The notes: a model not told the origin generated them from the letters alone. A stretch of 64,000 nt of DNA from Candidatus Latescibacterota bacterium (GCA_965219455.1 OZ244744.1:5088001-5152000); one strand, 5' to 3'; counted from the first letter of the stretch, positions 17,839-28,191 are shown. Program-made: numbers and translations.

Positions 17839-20800
17839 TCAGACGCTCTCCCCGGCGGACTGCAGAGTCGACGCCTGGCCCTTCTCGATCAGGACACTGC
17901 CGTCGTTCCTGTATTGAAGCTGGCTTTCTTCCGGGATGGTACGCCAGATGAGAAACTGTTTTCGGATCTGGTTCATAAAGCGCTGGTTGCATCGTTTCCA
18001 CGAGGCAAGGTCGCCCGACAGCCTGTCAATGGTGATTTCGAGGGCGTGGATGCCGAAGGCGCCCGTAGGCGTGGACGACAGGCGGATGGTCTGGCTGACG
18101 CCAAGGTCGAAAGGCGCCAGCCAGATGGTCGTGTCAATCCGATACCCCCGTTCCGTTTCCGCGTCATAGGTGGACAGGTTGGCCCCGTGGGTAAAGAAAG
18201 TGCCCATCGAACTTTCTGTATGAAAGTCGAAGTATTTGGTGAGAAACGTAAACAGCCCCAGGACCTCGTTGCCGGAAATGGTGAACGGAAATTCGAAATG
18301 CCAGCGGTCCGCGTCCGGATCGGGGAGTTTCCAGCGCCGTGTGACATCCGGAACCGCCAGCTGGGAAGCCCGCCGGGCGGGGTAAACGGTGGACAGGATC
18401 ACGACGACCATGACAAGCGTGGAGGATGCCACGGCCGACACGGAGGAATAGTTAACTGTAATGCCCTCCAGAAGCCCCTGCCAGAGAAGAAATTTTGACA
18501 CGCCCTGTGCGAGGAGATAACCGGACACCGCGCCAAGCACCGCGTACACGCAGGACTCGGCCAGGAACAGGAAGGCAATATGTACGGGCGCCAGGCCGAC
18601 CGAGGAATAAATGCCGATTTCCCGGAATCGTTCGTACACCGAACCCATCATCGTGTTCAACACGATGAGGGCCGCAATGGCGATGGGAACAAACAGGTTG
18701 CTCAGGCCCTGCGCCGACGCGTGTCCGAACGAAGAGTAGACGGAAACAGAAATGCGCCCGATCTTTCCCTCCGGCGAGACTTCCGGTATCCCCGCAAAGA
18801 GGACAACGGAGAGCCGCGAGACAAAGCTCTCCACCCGTTCCTTGACCACTGTTGGATCCCGAAACCGCACGGCGACCGCCTGAAGCGGGCTGCTTACCTC
18901 CCTGAGGGTCTGGTATGGGACCACCATAACGTTTGCCGGGTCGAGGTGTTCAAATTCCATGATTTCGACATCGGTCTCTTCCAGGCCGGCTTTCTCCCGC
19001 TTTTCCTGTTGGGCCATCTGCATAAACACGTTCTCATCGGTCAGGACAAAATCCGCGGGCGTGACGGGCTCGCCGTCGAGGTCTTCGAGATCTTTCATGC
19101 GCTCGGCGTCAATCAGTCCGACCACCTTGAAACGCTCTCCAAAAAGGCGTACCTCAGCCTTTCCGACATCGGATTCGCTGATCTTCAGGAGTTCGGCCAT
19201 TGCCTGGGGCAACACGGCGACGTTTCGTTCACCCGGCTGAAACCATCGACCAGCGGACAGGCAGTTTTGAATCCCGATCACTTCGGTCTCCTGCGCGGTC
19301 AGTCCGACAATGCCGAGCGCGTTGGCCGATGCGCTGTCCGATACGACCTGGATGGCCTTTTTCTCCTTGGAAGCGTACCAGCTGCGCGCCGCCACAACGG
19401 CTTCCTTTCCGAAGTTGGCGCGAGCGTAGTCCAGAACCGATTCCTCAAGCGGCGCCCAGTATTTGCTGCGGATAAGCATTCCCGGGTATGTGCCCAGATT
19501 GTCTCGTTTGATCTGGTGATAGCTGAGCTGGGATTTGATCGAGGAGAACGACAACACGGTGAAGGTGAGGAGGACGAGCGTGGAGAAGGTGAGCAGCGTT
19601 CTGAGTTTACGCCTTTTCATATTGGCAATACCCAGATGAAAGGCTGCCAGCGAGGCGGAAATCCGGCCCACGTCCACGTCGTGGATAATGGCGGCCTCCG
19701 TTCGGAGGTTGCGCATCTGACTGTTGAAGCGGGAGAAAACCAGGGTGATGACGAAGGTGGCCAGCGACAGGAGCACAAAGGCGAGGAGAATGACGAAAGG
19801 ATTGGACAGGTCGAATGCAGGATGAACGATGGACAGGAAGATCCAGATGACCAGAAAAATTCCGGCGAAACCGACAGTCTGCCATCGGATGTCCACCGAC
19901 GTAAAAATGAGCCGCTCGCTAAAAAACGCACAGGGAAGAACCAGCGCCATAAAGAAGATGATGCCATGGATCACGTCGTTCTGTGTCCCTTTCACATCCG
20001 GATACGCGCGTGACTCGAGGCCAAGCGCGGCCCGGGAATGCCTCACGAAATCGTCCCATCGCAATTGTTGCCGGGCCGCGTCCGCCCGGTCCAGATGTTC
20101 CCTCGCCCTTTGGTGCAGATCGGTAAGGCGGTCGTTTTCGATTCCGTAGACCTGAAGTTCACGCATCCTGGCGTGGTCCAGGATCCACATGTCTTTAGCG
20201 GCCTGGTAAGCGGTATGCGTGATTGCACCGTGCGTGGAGGCCACAAACCCGCTCTTGCGTGCGGCTTCAACGCTGGTCGTATCGGTTGCATTCAGCAGCA
20301 GGTAGCGGATACCGATACCACGTGTATGCATGGTGATTTTGAGTTTGACGCCGGGGCGTGTGAAAACCACGCCGACCGGTTCGTTGGGGCCGTAACCCAG
20401 GGAATAGCCATATTCCTGCGGGGCGGTGTTCCCGTCGCCGTACAGGGAGAGATTGGGGAGCTTGGTGAGGTAACGCGGATCCACGGTTTCGTAGAAGTCT
20501 GTTGAAACACAGGGAAACATGATGCGCGTGGCGCGGGTAATCCACCAGTCCATTCCGAATTCGGGTTTGTAGATCCGGGCGCTCTGCCCGCGATCCGACG
20601 CGTAGGTGATTTCGCCGCTTTCCGGGTCCAGGTGATACGCGTCCAGGCCGACCCAGCGCACGGCGAGACCGGGAACGTGGAACTCGCCGTTCTCGTCGGC
20701 CTTATCGTAGAATATGGCGCGCACGCCCTTGACGGACTTTTCGTAAGACATTCGCAATACCGCCACCGCTCCCTTGCGCGGCCGGTCCGGGGTCATGCTG

Positions 20801-22377
20801 CGCCGCGGATAGGTGAGCAGGCGCCCTTTCAGGGCGCGCATCCGATCTTTCATCTTGACGCGATAGTCGGGCAGGAACGTCGGCTCGTCGAGCGCTTTGC
20901 TGAGCACCGCGGTAAGCAACCGTATCTGGTTCGTCAGGTTGGTCAGATTGACTTGCTCCACGGTGTCATGGGGTGTATCCACTCTGAAGCGCGCATCGTT
21001 GATGGTCACGAAAGCGAGTGTCGGCATGCCCGCGGTAAGTACGACCTGCGAATCGGTCTTTAATTTTCCGCCCGGAATGAACATGCGCCAACTCATTCCC
21101 GACGGTGGGTTGATACCGTCAACGAGCGACCGCTTTGCGTCCATGCCGAACGCCGGCGCCAGGTCCGCGCCGAGGTTGCTGAAGCGTTTCCCAAACGGCG
21201 TAAAAAAACGCTGGTAGTAGAACGCAGTGGAACCATTCCAGACGGCCATCTGGTCGGTCTGCGAGGAGAGATCCAGGGAAATCCAGAGCCGGATATCGAT
21301 CGGGTCCGTCATCAGGGCCGCGAAGTGTTCCTCTTTTCGGGCATGCCTTCCGAGAAAGTCGCAGACGCCACGAAAACCGAGATGGTGGGCCGACGTGGCC
21401 AGGAAAAGGACGGTGTGAGCGGGCGGATGCGCTTTGAAGTATTCGGCCATTTCAAGCAGGGCGACGATGCCGGATGCCTGCTCGGCGCCGGGGGCGAGCG
21501 CGGGGACCACTGACATGGCGTCGTAATAGGCGTCCACGAGAACCACGCGTTCCCGAAGCTGCGGATCCGTGCCCGTAATCCAGCCAATGATGTTTCGCGT
21601 CGGGTGCGTTTCCCAGTCCATCCGCGCCTTCAATTCCACTTCGATCCGCTCGCCCGCGGCCAGGCGCCGCCGGAGGCGTTCCCCGTCGGACCTGCCGATC
21701 CAGAAACGGGGCGCGTTGAGCGGAACCTGGAAGAACTTCTGTTCTGCTTCGGCCGTTGTGGTGGAGTCCGGAGCGACGAAGATGATTGCCCTGGTGCCCA
21801 GCATGGCGGCATTCATCCAGCGATTCCAGGAGTTGAAATCCATCAGAATGACGCTGCCTTCGGGTTCCTTGCCGTTGAGATCCGCGAAATTGCCGGCGCC
21901 CGCGTCAATAAGCGGGGCTCGCAGTCCGGCGCCCGGCAGCGTGGACGTACGGACCAGGTTGGGCCAGACCGCATGAATAGGTACAATACCGGGTTCGCCC
22001 AGGATGCGGAGGCCGCCGCCCTTGTCTACCGGCGACGTGACGTCGTAGGTTTCCACGGAGACGTTTTCCAGACCCACACGTTTGAACTCTTCTTCTATAT
22101 AGAGAGATGCGGACCTGTGGCCCGGATAGCCCACCACCCGCGAACCCGATCCGCTGAGTCGGAGCAAACGCGATTCGATTTCGGCCGGCGTTATCTCTTC
22201 TCGGATGGTGTCCGCCAGTTCCTGTTGGCCGGTGGCCACCCTGGTGGGCGGCAATTCGGGATAACGGATGTTGAACCAGTCGAACAGGAGGTCGGTGAGC
22301 GCCTGCGGAGAAAAGAGGGTCAAACTGAGAAAAGCAATCAGGATGACCAGGCCGAGGGTGATGTTGTTTGTTTTCAC
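17839..22377 (-). CDS. 1512-aa PA-domain/M28 peptidase-fold ectodomain fused to an FtsX/MacB-like permease
   Basis: N-terminal TM, SRVVGYPG, PA domain, degenerate M28 motifs (AYYD, GAEQASG, SAHH), TM cluster, MKRRKLRTLLT, and the FtsX signature VYERFREIGIYSSVGL...FLAE...YPARRAS. Confidence 0.88.
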   Translation of the reverse strand: MKTNNITLGLVILIAFLSLTLFSPQALTDLLFDWFNIRYPELPPTRVATGQQELADTIREEITPAEIESRLLRLSGSGSRVVGYPGHRSASLYIEEEFKRVGLENVSVETYDVTSPVDKGGGLRILGEPGIVPIHAVWPNLVRTSTLPGAGLRAPLIDAGAGNFADLNGKEPEGSVILMDFNSWNRWMNAAMLGTRAIIFVAPDSTTTAEAEQKFFQVPLNAPRFWIGRSDGERLRRRLAAGERIEVELKARMDWETHPTRNIIGWITGTDPQLRERVVLVDAYYDAMSVVPALAPGAEQASGIVALLEMAEYFKAHPPAHTVLFLATSAHHLGFRGVCDFLGRHARKEEHFAALMTDPIDIRLWISLDLSSQTDQMAVWNGSTAFYYQRFFTPFGKRFSNLGADLAPAFGMDAKRSLVDGINPPSGMSWRMFIPGGKLKTDSQVVLTAGMPTLAFVTINDARFRVDTPHDTVEQVNLTNLTNQIRLLTAVLSKALDEPTFLPDYRVKMKDRMRALKGRLLTYPRRSMTPDRPRKGAVAVLRMSYEKSVKGVRAIFYDKADENGEFHVPGLAVRWVGLDAYHLDPESGEITYASDRGQSARIYKPEFGMDWWITRATRIMFPCVSTDFYETVDPRYLTKLPNLSLYGDGNTAPQEYGYSLGYGPNEPVGVVFTRPGVKLKITMHTRGIGIRYLLLNATDTTSVEAARKSGFVASTHGAITHTAYQAAKDMWILDHARMRELQVYGIENDRLTDLHQRAREHLDRADAARQQLRWDDFVRHSRAALGLESRAYPDVKGTQNDVIHGIIFFMALVLPCAFFSERLIFTSVDIRWQTVGFAGIFLVIWIFLSIVHPAFDLSNPFVILLAFVLLSLATFVITLVFSRFNSQMRNLRTEAAIIHDVDVGRISASLAAFHLGIANMKRRKLRTLLTFSTLVLLTFTVLSFSSIKSQLSYHQIKRDNLGTYPGMLIRSKYWAPLEESVLDYARANFGKEAVVAARSWYASKEKKAIQVVSDSASANALGIVGLTAQETEVIGIQNCLSAGRWFQPGERNVAVLPQAMAELLKISESDVGKAEVRLFGERFKVVGLIDAERMKDLEDLDGEPVTPADFVLTDENVFMQMAQQEKREKAGLEETDVEIMEFEHLDPANVMVVPYQTLREVSSPLQAVAVRFRDPTVVKERVESFVSRLSVVLFAGIPEVSPEGKIGRISVSVYSSFGHASAQGLSNLFVPIAIAALIVLNTMMGSVYERFREIGIYSSVGLAPVHIAFLFLAESCVYAVLGAVSGYLLAQGVSKFLLWQGLLEGITVNYSSVSAVASSTLVMVVVILSTVYPARRASQLAVPDVTRRWKLPDPDADRWHFEFPFTISGNEVLGLFTFLTKYFDFHTESSMGTFFTHGANLSTYDAETERGYRIDTTIWLAPFDLGVSQTIRLSSTPTGAFGIHALEITIDRLSGDLASWKRCNQRFMNQIRKQFLIWRTIPEESQLQYRNDGSVLIEKGQASTLQSAGESV

Positions 22378-22442
22378 AATGAGCCCTGCATCAGGATAAG
22401 GATTTTGGGCGAATCGTTATTTCGACGCCGCGGCGCAGAACG

Positions 22443-24494
22443 TCAGTACCATTTATGAACCACGTGCCCGTCCGGCTGGAACCAGATGGCGTCCACGACA
22501 ACGCCGGCGGCGACGGACAGAATGTAACCCACCAGCATGCCGATGAAGAATGGTCTCGATTTCCGGTAAAAGGCGGCGCCGGCAAGCCTGATCATGGTCA
22601 GTTTGACCAGCCACGCGACAAATATGGTCGCGCTGGTGAGCCGCGAAAGCGCCGTGCCGGACAGGGCGAACCCGATCGGATGGAGCGGCCACCTGACGAA
22701 GCGATACCGCATCAGATTCAAGAAAGCCATGGCGCCGGCGCCGGCAAAAAAGAACCAGTAGTTGACCGGTTCGATGGGGCTGTTGACGGCCTTGATGGAA
22801 TTGGCGATGCCGCGTACCTGCCCGATCCCCGCGCGGATAATCAGCCAGTTGGGTTGTACATTGTACCCGCCAATGGTATAACCGAGCCACACGGTATAAA
22901 GCGTGGAGGTGACCATCCCCACCACGAATGCGGCGGAGATCGCCCAGAACAGTCGCCGTTTGCCCTTTGGCAGGAATTCCGCCAGTCGATTGATATGGGC
23001 CATCGTACCCATGGAGAGGCCCCGATAGTGGTTTACGGCCCGAGAGGAAAGTCCGAGCGCCATTTTGGTGGGCGCGGTATACGTGTGGGAACCACCCAGA
23101 AACCGGCTGACAAGGCCCCACGCCGACGTGGGCGGGTTCAGGTAGACAATACCCGAGTCCGCGAGGATTTTTGCAACGGTGGCATAGACGACGAGCATAC
23201 ACAGGATAAGCAGGACGATCACCTTGACCTGCATGCCGATCCAACCCAGCCACAGCGCCATGTAAAGACATCCCACGACAAGCCCCAACACGGCATGCCG
23301 GCACGATAGTAATTCCTGGCTGTCGTCCGGAGTCGATCGATCCGGGTTGAGGGCCTTCCGGAAGACGTCAAGCAGGTGATGTCTCGCGATCCAGATCGCC
23401 CAGAGAGCAAGGACCGTGAACCCCCCGGCCGTCTGCCAGATGTAACGGCCTCGACCATAGTAGGGTGAGATGGCCGAGACGCCCAATCCGCTCAGGATTC
23501 CGCCCTCGAGAATGAACAAAGCGTCGAAAAACCAGAGGCTGAAGAGGATCTCGAGGCTCGCGAAGTACGAAAAGCAGATGACGACCGCACTCAAAAAGAA
23601 AAAAGCGGGCGGGTAATCGGGAGAGAAAAAGATCCAGCGGGCGGAAGCCGTGGGAAACCGGGGGAACTGGGGATAGAACCATGCAATCATGTTCCAGCCG
23701 AAAACGAACGTGGTGAGCATGAATCCGGCCCAGAACGCCTTGCCTTTCATGAATTCGGGCAACCAGCGTCTGCCGGTTCCGGCCTGCGTGGTGAATTCTA
23801 TGATGGGTTCCATTGCCGGGAAGACGAGGCGCTCGTTTTCGGACCATTGCTTGCGGAAGATGATGGACAGGCAGGCTGCGGCCAGAGCGACGGCGCAGAG
23901 AAACGTGAACCACCAGAAGAGAGGCACGGCCCAGACGCCCCATGGAATGGATGCGCCATGGGGCAGGCCCTCGTAGAACCACGCCATCGCATTGCCTTCG
24001 TTGTCCGGAATCAGCCACCCGGGGAGATACGGGTGAAGGTATCTGGCCCATTCGTTCTCCATGGTGGCGAAATAATGGGGCGCGACCATAACACCCACGA
24101 GGTAACCACTGATCCCGTAGGTGGGCCCCAGAGAACTGATGAAACCCATGCAGAAAATGGTGATCCATTCCGAAGACGAGAAGATAAACCGCCGGCCGAA
24201 CTTGTAGGCAAGCATCGAACAGAGGATGATGGAGACCAGGCTGAGGATCAGATTGCCCATGGGCATATGGCTGTACGCCATAAACGACGCGTGGAGGACG
24301 TAGCGCACCGTGTCGCCCAGAATACCGATGGATACCGAAAGGAAAAGCCCGCAGACGATGGACCTGAAGGTCACGCCGCGATTCCGGATAGTATCCGAAC
24401 CGGAGGACGTGTCGACATCAGATTCCGTCGAGTTCGTGGATCGTATTGACATGGATTGCCGATTTCCCGAAACACGGTTGCGTATGCCCGACAT
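22443..24494 (-). CDS. DUF6785/DUF6784-type polytopic membrane protein (putative transporter)
   Basis: Many TM helices; GVTFRSIVCGL, W..PLFWW, RKQWSENERLVFP, RYRFVRWPLHPIGF, YRKSRPFFIG, recalled as family features. Confidence 0.8.
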   Translation of the reverse strand: MSGIRNRVSGNRQSMSIRSTNSTESDVDTSSGSDTIRNRGVTFRSIVCGLFLSVSIGILGDTVRYVLHASFMAYSHMPMGNLILSLVSIILCSMLAYKFGRRFIFSSSEWITIFCMGFISSLGPTYGISGYLVGVMVAPHYFATMENEWARYLHPYLPGWLIPDNEGNAMAWFYEGLPHGASIPWGVWAVPLFWWFTFLCAVALAAACLSIIFRKQWSENERLVFPAMEPIIEFTTQAGTGRRWLPEFMKGKAFWAGFMLTTFVFGWNMIAWFYPQFPRFPTASARWIFFSPDYPPAFFFLSAVVICFSYFASLEILFSLWFFDALFILEGGILSGLGVSAISPYYGRGRYIWQTAGGFTVLALWAIWIARHHLLDVFRKALNPDRSTPDDSQELLSCRHAVLGLVVGCLYMALWLGWIGMQVKVIVLLILCMLVVYATVAKILADSGIVYLNPPTSAWGLVSRFLGGSHTYTAPTKMALGLSSRAVNHYRGLSMGTMAHINRLAEFLPKGKRRLFWAISAAFVVGMVTSTLYTVWLGYTIGGYNVQPNWLIIRAGIGQVRGIANSIKAVNSPIEPVNYWFFFAGAGAMAFLNLMRYRFVRWPLHPIGFALSGTALSRLTSATIFVAWLVKLTMIRLAGAAFYRKSRPFFIGMLVGYILSVAAGVVVDAIWFQPDGHVVHKWY

Positions 24495-24551
24495 TCAGCG
24501 CGCGGAAAGAGGGCGCCAATCTGTCAGATGAAAGCCCCGGAACCGGTCAGC

Positions 24552-25562
24552 TCAGAAGCGATCAGTTCCCATCACTTCCAGGGGGGCGGTGACCAGAGGG
24601 TTCAGCGCCGTCGCCCTCTGCAGGCACGCGGCGGCCAGGCTGTCTTTCCCCGCCAGACTGTAGAAGTGCGACAGGGTCTGATAGCGTTCCGCCGTCGGGT
24701 TCTCCGCGGCGGTCAGTTCCAGAAAGCGAATACGTCCGGCCAACCTGCTCTGGCGTTCGAAAACATTCAGGTGCCCTTCGGCTTCCAGCTCCTGCCCGAG
24801 AGCCAGCAGGGTTTGTCCCAGCAGATATCGTGTGCGAGGATGAAAGGGATCCAGCGCGACCGCGCGACGGAGGTGGCGTACCCCCAGGTTTGCTCGTTTC
24901 CTCCGGAGTTCGTTCCGGGCGATGTCGCAGAGTAAATCGATATCTTCCCGGTTCTCTTGAAGGGCCTGCCGGAAGCAGGCCGCAGCCGAGTCGAGTTCGC
25001 CGCGGCTGAAGTGAATGCGCCCCAGGCCGGCGTAAATTCCGCCCCGTGCGCCGCCTAGCGATGCGGCGCGCCCGTAATGGCGTTCGGCGTTATCGAGGTT
25101 CCCGGCCGCCACGTAAAGCTCGGCCAACGCCAGGGAAGGCCCGGGATTGTCCGGCATTTCCTCGGCGGCTCTCAAAAAGGCAGCTTCGGCCCGCTCGTCC
25201 GCCCGGGCATCTCGAAGGGCGCGCGCGTATTCCATCCATTCTCGGGGGCCCGACACGAGGGGCGAAATCGCCATCAGGGTTTCCGTCGCTTCGGCAAACC
25301 GTCGGCGTCCGGTCAGGAGGGCCGCCAGACCAAACCGGGCACGGACGGATTCAGGGTGAACGGCGATGGCTTCACGGTAGGACGCCATTGCAGATTCGTC
25401 GTCTCCGTGTCTCAACGCGGTCTCGGCGCCGTCGCACAGATTGACCGCCCGCTGTTCCGGCGTCCCGGATGCCGGCCGGAAACAGACGACTGCCAGCGCC
25501 ACCAGAAGGAACGCGGCAAGCGGCCTATAGTTTCGTACCACAGTGTCGACAATAGTTCGCAT
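24552..25562 (-). CDS. Secreted tetratricopeptide repeat protein
   Basis: Signal-like N-terminus and multiple TPRs (YREAIAVHP, LGRIHFSRGELDSA, RRAVALDP). Confidence 0.85.
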   Translation of the reverse strand: MRTIVDTVVRNYRPLAAFLLVALAVVCFRPASGTPEQRAVNLCDGAETALRHGDDESAMASYREAIAVHPESVRARFGLAALLTGRRRFAEATETLMAISPLVSGPREWMEYARALRDARADERAEAAFLRAAEEMPDNPGPSLALAELYVAAGNLDNAERHYGRAASLGGARGGIYAGLGRIHFSRGELDSAAACFRQALQENREDIDLLCDIARNELRRKRANLGVRHLRRAVALDPFHPRTRYLLGQTLLALGQELEAEGHLNVFERQSRLAGRIRFLELTAAENPTAERYQTLSHFYSLAGKDSLAAACLQRATALNPLVTAPLEVMGTDRF

Positions 25563-26355
25563 CGGCCTCCAGGGTCTCGGCGTTGCATCCTGAACAGGAC
25601 CGGGTGGCGACCCGGTCTTTCATGGCCTGCGAGATTTCGACCGAAAGGATGCCCGTGGGCACGGCGATGATGCTGTACCCCAGCATCATGACAACGACCG
25701 CAAGAGCCTGGCCAGGCGCGGTTTTGGGAGAAATATCGCCGTATCCCACGGTCGTGAGGGTGACGACGGCCCAGTAGATGCTGCGGGGGATGCTGGTAAA
25801 GCCGTTTTCGGGTTTTTCTATCACGTACATCAGTGAGCCCAGGATGACAACGGCAGTCATCACGGTGACCGTGAAAACCGCGATTTTTCGGTGGCTCGAC
25901 CGGATCGCCCGGACCATAATTCGGGCCGCTCGGAGGTACTGCACCAGTTTAAGTATGCGAAACACGCGCAGTACACGGAGGATACGGATGACCACGAGGT
26001 ACTGGCTGCCCGGCAGGAGCAGACTGATATACGTGGGAATGATGGCAAGCAGGTCCACGATGCCGAAGAAGGAAGACGCATAACGCAGGGGGCGGCCGAC
26101 GCATATCAGCCGCATGATGTACTCGATGGTGAAGAGGAGCGTAAAAAACCATTCGAGACCGTACAACAGGTCGCCGTGGGTCTCCCGCACAGCGGCGATG
26201 CTGTCCAGCATCACGGTCAGTACACTCAGAATGATGCTGGCAATAAGCAGGACGTCGAACCTGTTGCCCGCCGGAGTGTCTGATTCAAATATGATATTCC
26301 GAAGACGCCGACGCCATCCTGAAACCGGATGAGCGCTTCTTTTTCCGTAGGCCAT
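25525..26355 (-). CDS. Voltage-gated potassium channel (ion transporter) with C-terminal zinc ribbon
   Basis: S4 RILRVLRVFRILK, pore TTVGYGD, CxxC..CxxC tail. Confidence 0.93.
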   Translation of the reverse strand: MAYGKRSAHPVSGWRRRLRNIIFESDTPAGNRFDVLLIASIILSVLTVMLDSIAAVRETHGDLLYGLEWFFTLLFTIEYIMRLICVGRPLRYASSFFGIVDLLAIIPTYISLLLPGSQYLVVIRILRVLRVFRILKLVQYLRAARIMVRAIRSSHRKIAVFTVTVMTAVVILGSLMYVIEKPENGFTSIPRSIYWAVVTLTTVGYGDISPKTAPGQALAVVVMMLGYSIIAVPTGILSVEISQAMKDRVATRSCSGCNAETLEADANYCRHCGTKL

Positions 26356-26505
26356 ATGCAATTGAGGATCTATTGCCCCGTGATTGCCGCCGGACTCGCA
26401 AATCTTACGCCGCAACCGGAACCTTATCCGCAGGCAGGTATGTCCGGTATCCGGCTTGCGGGCGACCGTGGTCGCAGGCGGGCTCACCCGGGAGGTCGCG
26501 CTCTG

Positions 26506-27297
26506 TCAGTAGCGGGTATCCACAAGCCATGCTTCCCCGGGATGGGTTTCCCAGCGTTTTCTCAGGGCTGTCTCGTTGGGGCAGAACTTTCCGCCGTAAG
26601 ATATGCCGCCGTGCGAGATGTTTACACTCACGGCGACGCTGTCACCCGCAGGCACCCAATGGGGGGTGAGTATCTGATTCCAGAGCAGGTCGCCCTTTTC
26701 CATCTTGTATGAGAGAACGTCGTCCGGTTCGTGGTCGGGAGGGCCGTAAGGCCTTCTGAGTGTCTCGCGGTTGTTGACGGCGACGTCGAGGGGTGCATAT
26801 TTGTAGGGGTTTTTGAATGCATTGAAGTATTTTACGCCCCAGATCTGCCAGGCCACGACATGCGACGTATCCATGTGGTAGGAGGAGTGGCAATGCTTCC
26901 CGGAAATGAAAATGATGGGATAACAGCGTTGCCACGTAAATCCATTGGACGCCAGAAAGCTGCGCCACGGAATCATGACCTTTCGCTGGAAGTCCTTCAG
27001 AAATTGCCCCTCGCCGTAGAAGTTCTGCAAGTGAAAGTGGGCCAGCGAGAAGGGCCGGTCGATAACGTCCGCGACGGGAAACGTTTTGAATTCCGCAATC
27101 CTCTGTTTTTTTTCATCTTCCGGGAGGTCGCCGGGAATGTTGATCCGTGCCTGGCTGTCCTTTCGAAGGATGTCCACGATTTCTTCCGCGGAAGGGAACG
27201 CCATGTCGAAACCGAAGTACTCCGGGTCGAAGAGAAAGTTCTGAAGGCCCTTCCAGCGATCCATGAGTTCGTCTTCGTTACGGACAATGATCTGCAT
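26506..27297 (-). CDS. JmjC/cupin-like Fe(II)/2-oxoglutarate oxygenase-like protein
   Basis: IFISG..SYHMD..WQIWGVKYF...GDLLW..TPHWV (HxD...H triad); RBS GGAGG. Confidence 0.7.
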   Translation of the reverse strand: MQIIVRNEDELMDRWKGLQNFLFDPEYFGFDMAFPSAEEIVDILRKDSQARINIPGDLPEDEKKQRIAEFKTFPVADVIDRPFSLAHFHLQNFYGEGQFLKDFQRKVMIPWRSFLASNGFTWQRCYPIIFISGKHCHSSYHMDTSHVVAWQIWGVKYFNAFKNPYKYAPLDVAVNNRETLRRPYGPPDHEPDDVLSYKMEKGDLLWNQILTPHWVPAGDSVAVSVNISHGGISYGGKFCPNETALRKRWETHPGEAWLVDTRY

Positions 27298-27325
27298 GGT
27301 TCCTCCGTCGTTTTGGGCGCGGGAC

Positions 27326-27868
27326 TCAGTTGGCGCAGGCCTCGCAGACGAGACTGAAGCGCATCCGACCGCCATCCGGGATTTCGGTTTCAAAGTCGGT
27401 CTTTACAAATACATCAGTTGAACCGCAGAAGTCACATCTGCCGCATTCGGTGTATTGGGTTCTCGCTGCCGCTTCCAGCGCGAAATCCGCATGTCCCCGG
27501 CGGGCTTTCAGATAGGCGGCAGCCTGGCGCCGGATCCCTTTGTCGGAATCGCCTTGCGCCGCGCGTTCAAATATGGCATCCAGAGCGGGGTCGTCCGGTC
27601 GTCCACCGTCTTCAAGGGTGTGCCACGCGGCTTTGCGCACGCCGTGGTCAGGATCTTCGAGCATGCGGTAGAGCGCGCGCCAGGCTTCCTCCACGCGGCG
27701 GCGGAGGTGACAGGGGCACAGGAAATCGGCGGCGGTTTTGCGATCTTCCGGGTCCCGACTGCGAGAGAGTTCTATAAGTCTCGAGATGTTCTCGCCATTG
27801 ACGCGCGCTTCCCCGATTCCGAATGCTCTTTTCTGATATCTGTTGAGTCCGATCCTCTTCCGACTCAC
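27326..27868 (-). CDS. HEAT-repeat protein with C-terminal Cys4 zinc finger
   Basis: DPEDRKTAA and LEDPDHGVRKAA HEAT units; LCPCH; CDFC...CEAC. Confidence 0.7.
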   Translation of the reverse strand: MSRKRIGLNRYQKRAFGIGEARVNGENISRLIELSRSRDPEDRKTAADFLCPCHLRRRVEEAWRALYRMLEDPDHGVRKAAWHTLEDGGRPDDPALDAIFERAAQGDSDKGIRRQAAAYLKARRGHADFALEAAARTQYTECGRCDFCGSTDVFVKTDFETEIPDGGRMRFSLVCEACAN

Positions 27869-28191
27869 GATGACTCCAGCGCGAAGTTTCCGGGTCGAAT
27901 CTCTTCTTTTTCGATGCCTGCCGACTGTTGCGCCCAGTGAGGACGATGATCGGCATTGTCGTCTGCAATATAACATATGGCAGTGCAATATCAAAATCCT
28001 AGTCGCCCGGTCAACACCGGAGAGATTCTTACCTGGACATACCGGCAATACCGAAAAACGCGGTTTTCAATTCTGAGATTGCCTCGGCTCCTGCGCCGCC
28101 CCTGGAAGCGCCGGGAACCGGGCCGCCGGAATCCCATCGACCACTGGCCTGCGGGCAGTCGTCATTACACCTTGAAAGGGAGCATGGTACA

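Noticed and set aside
16445-17917. 490-aa plus-strand ORF, and similar long antisense ORFs (18580-20013, 28219-29448, 31463-32977, 46617-47729, 49726-51066, 58711-60060)
   Set aside because: These are shadow frames opposite well-supported genes in high-GC DNA, with no recognisable motifs.
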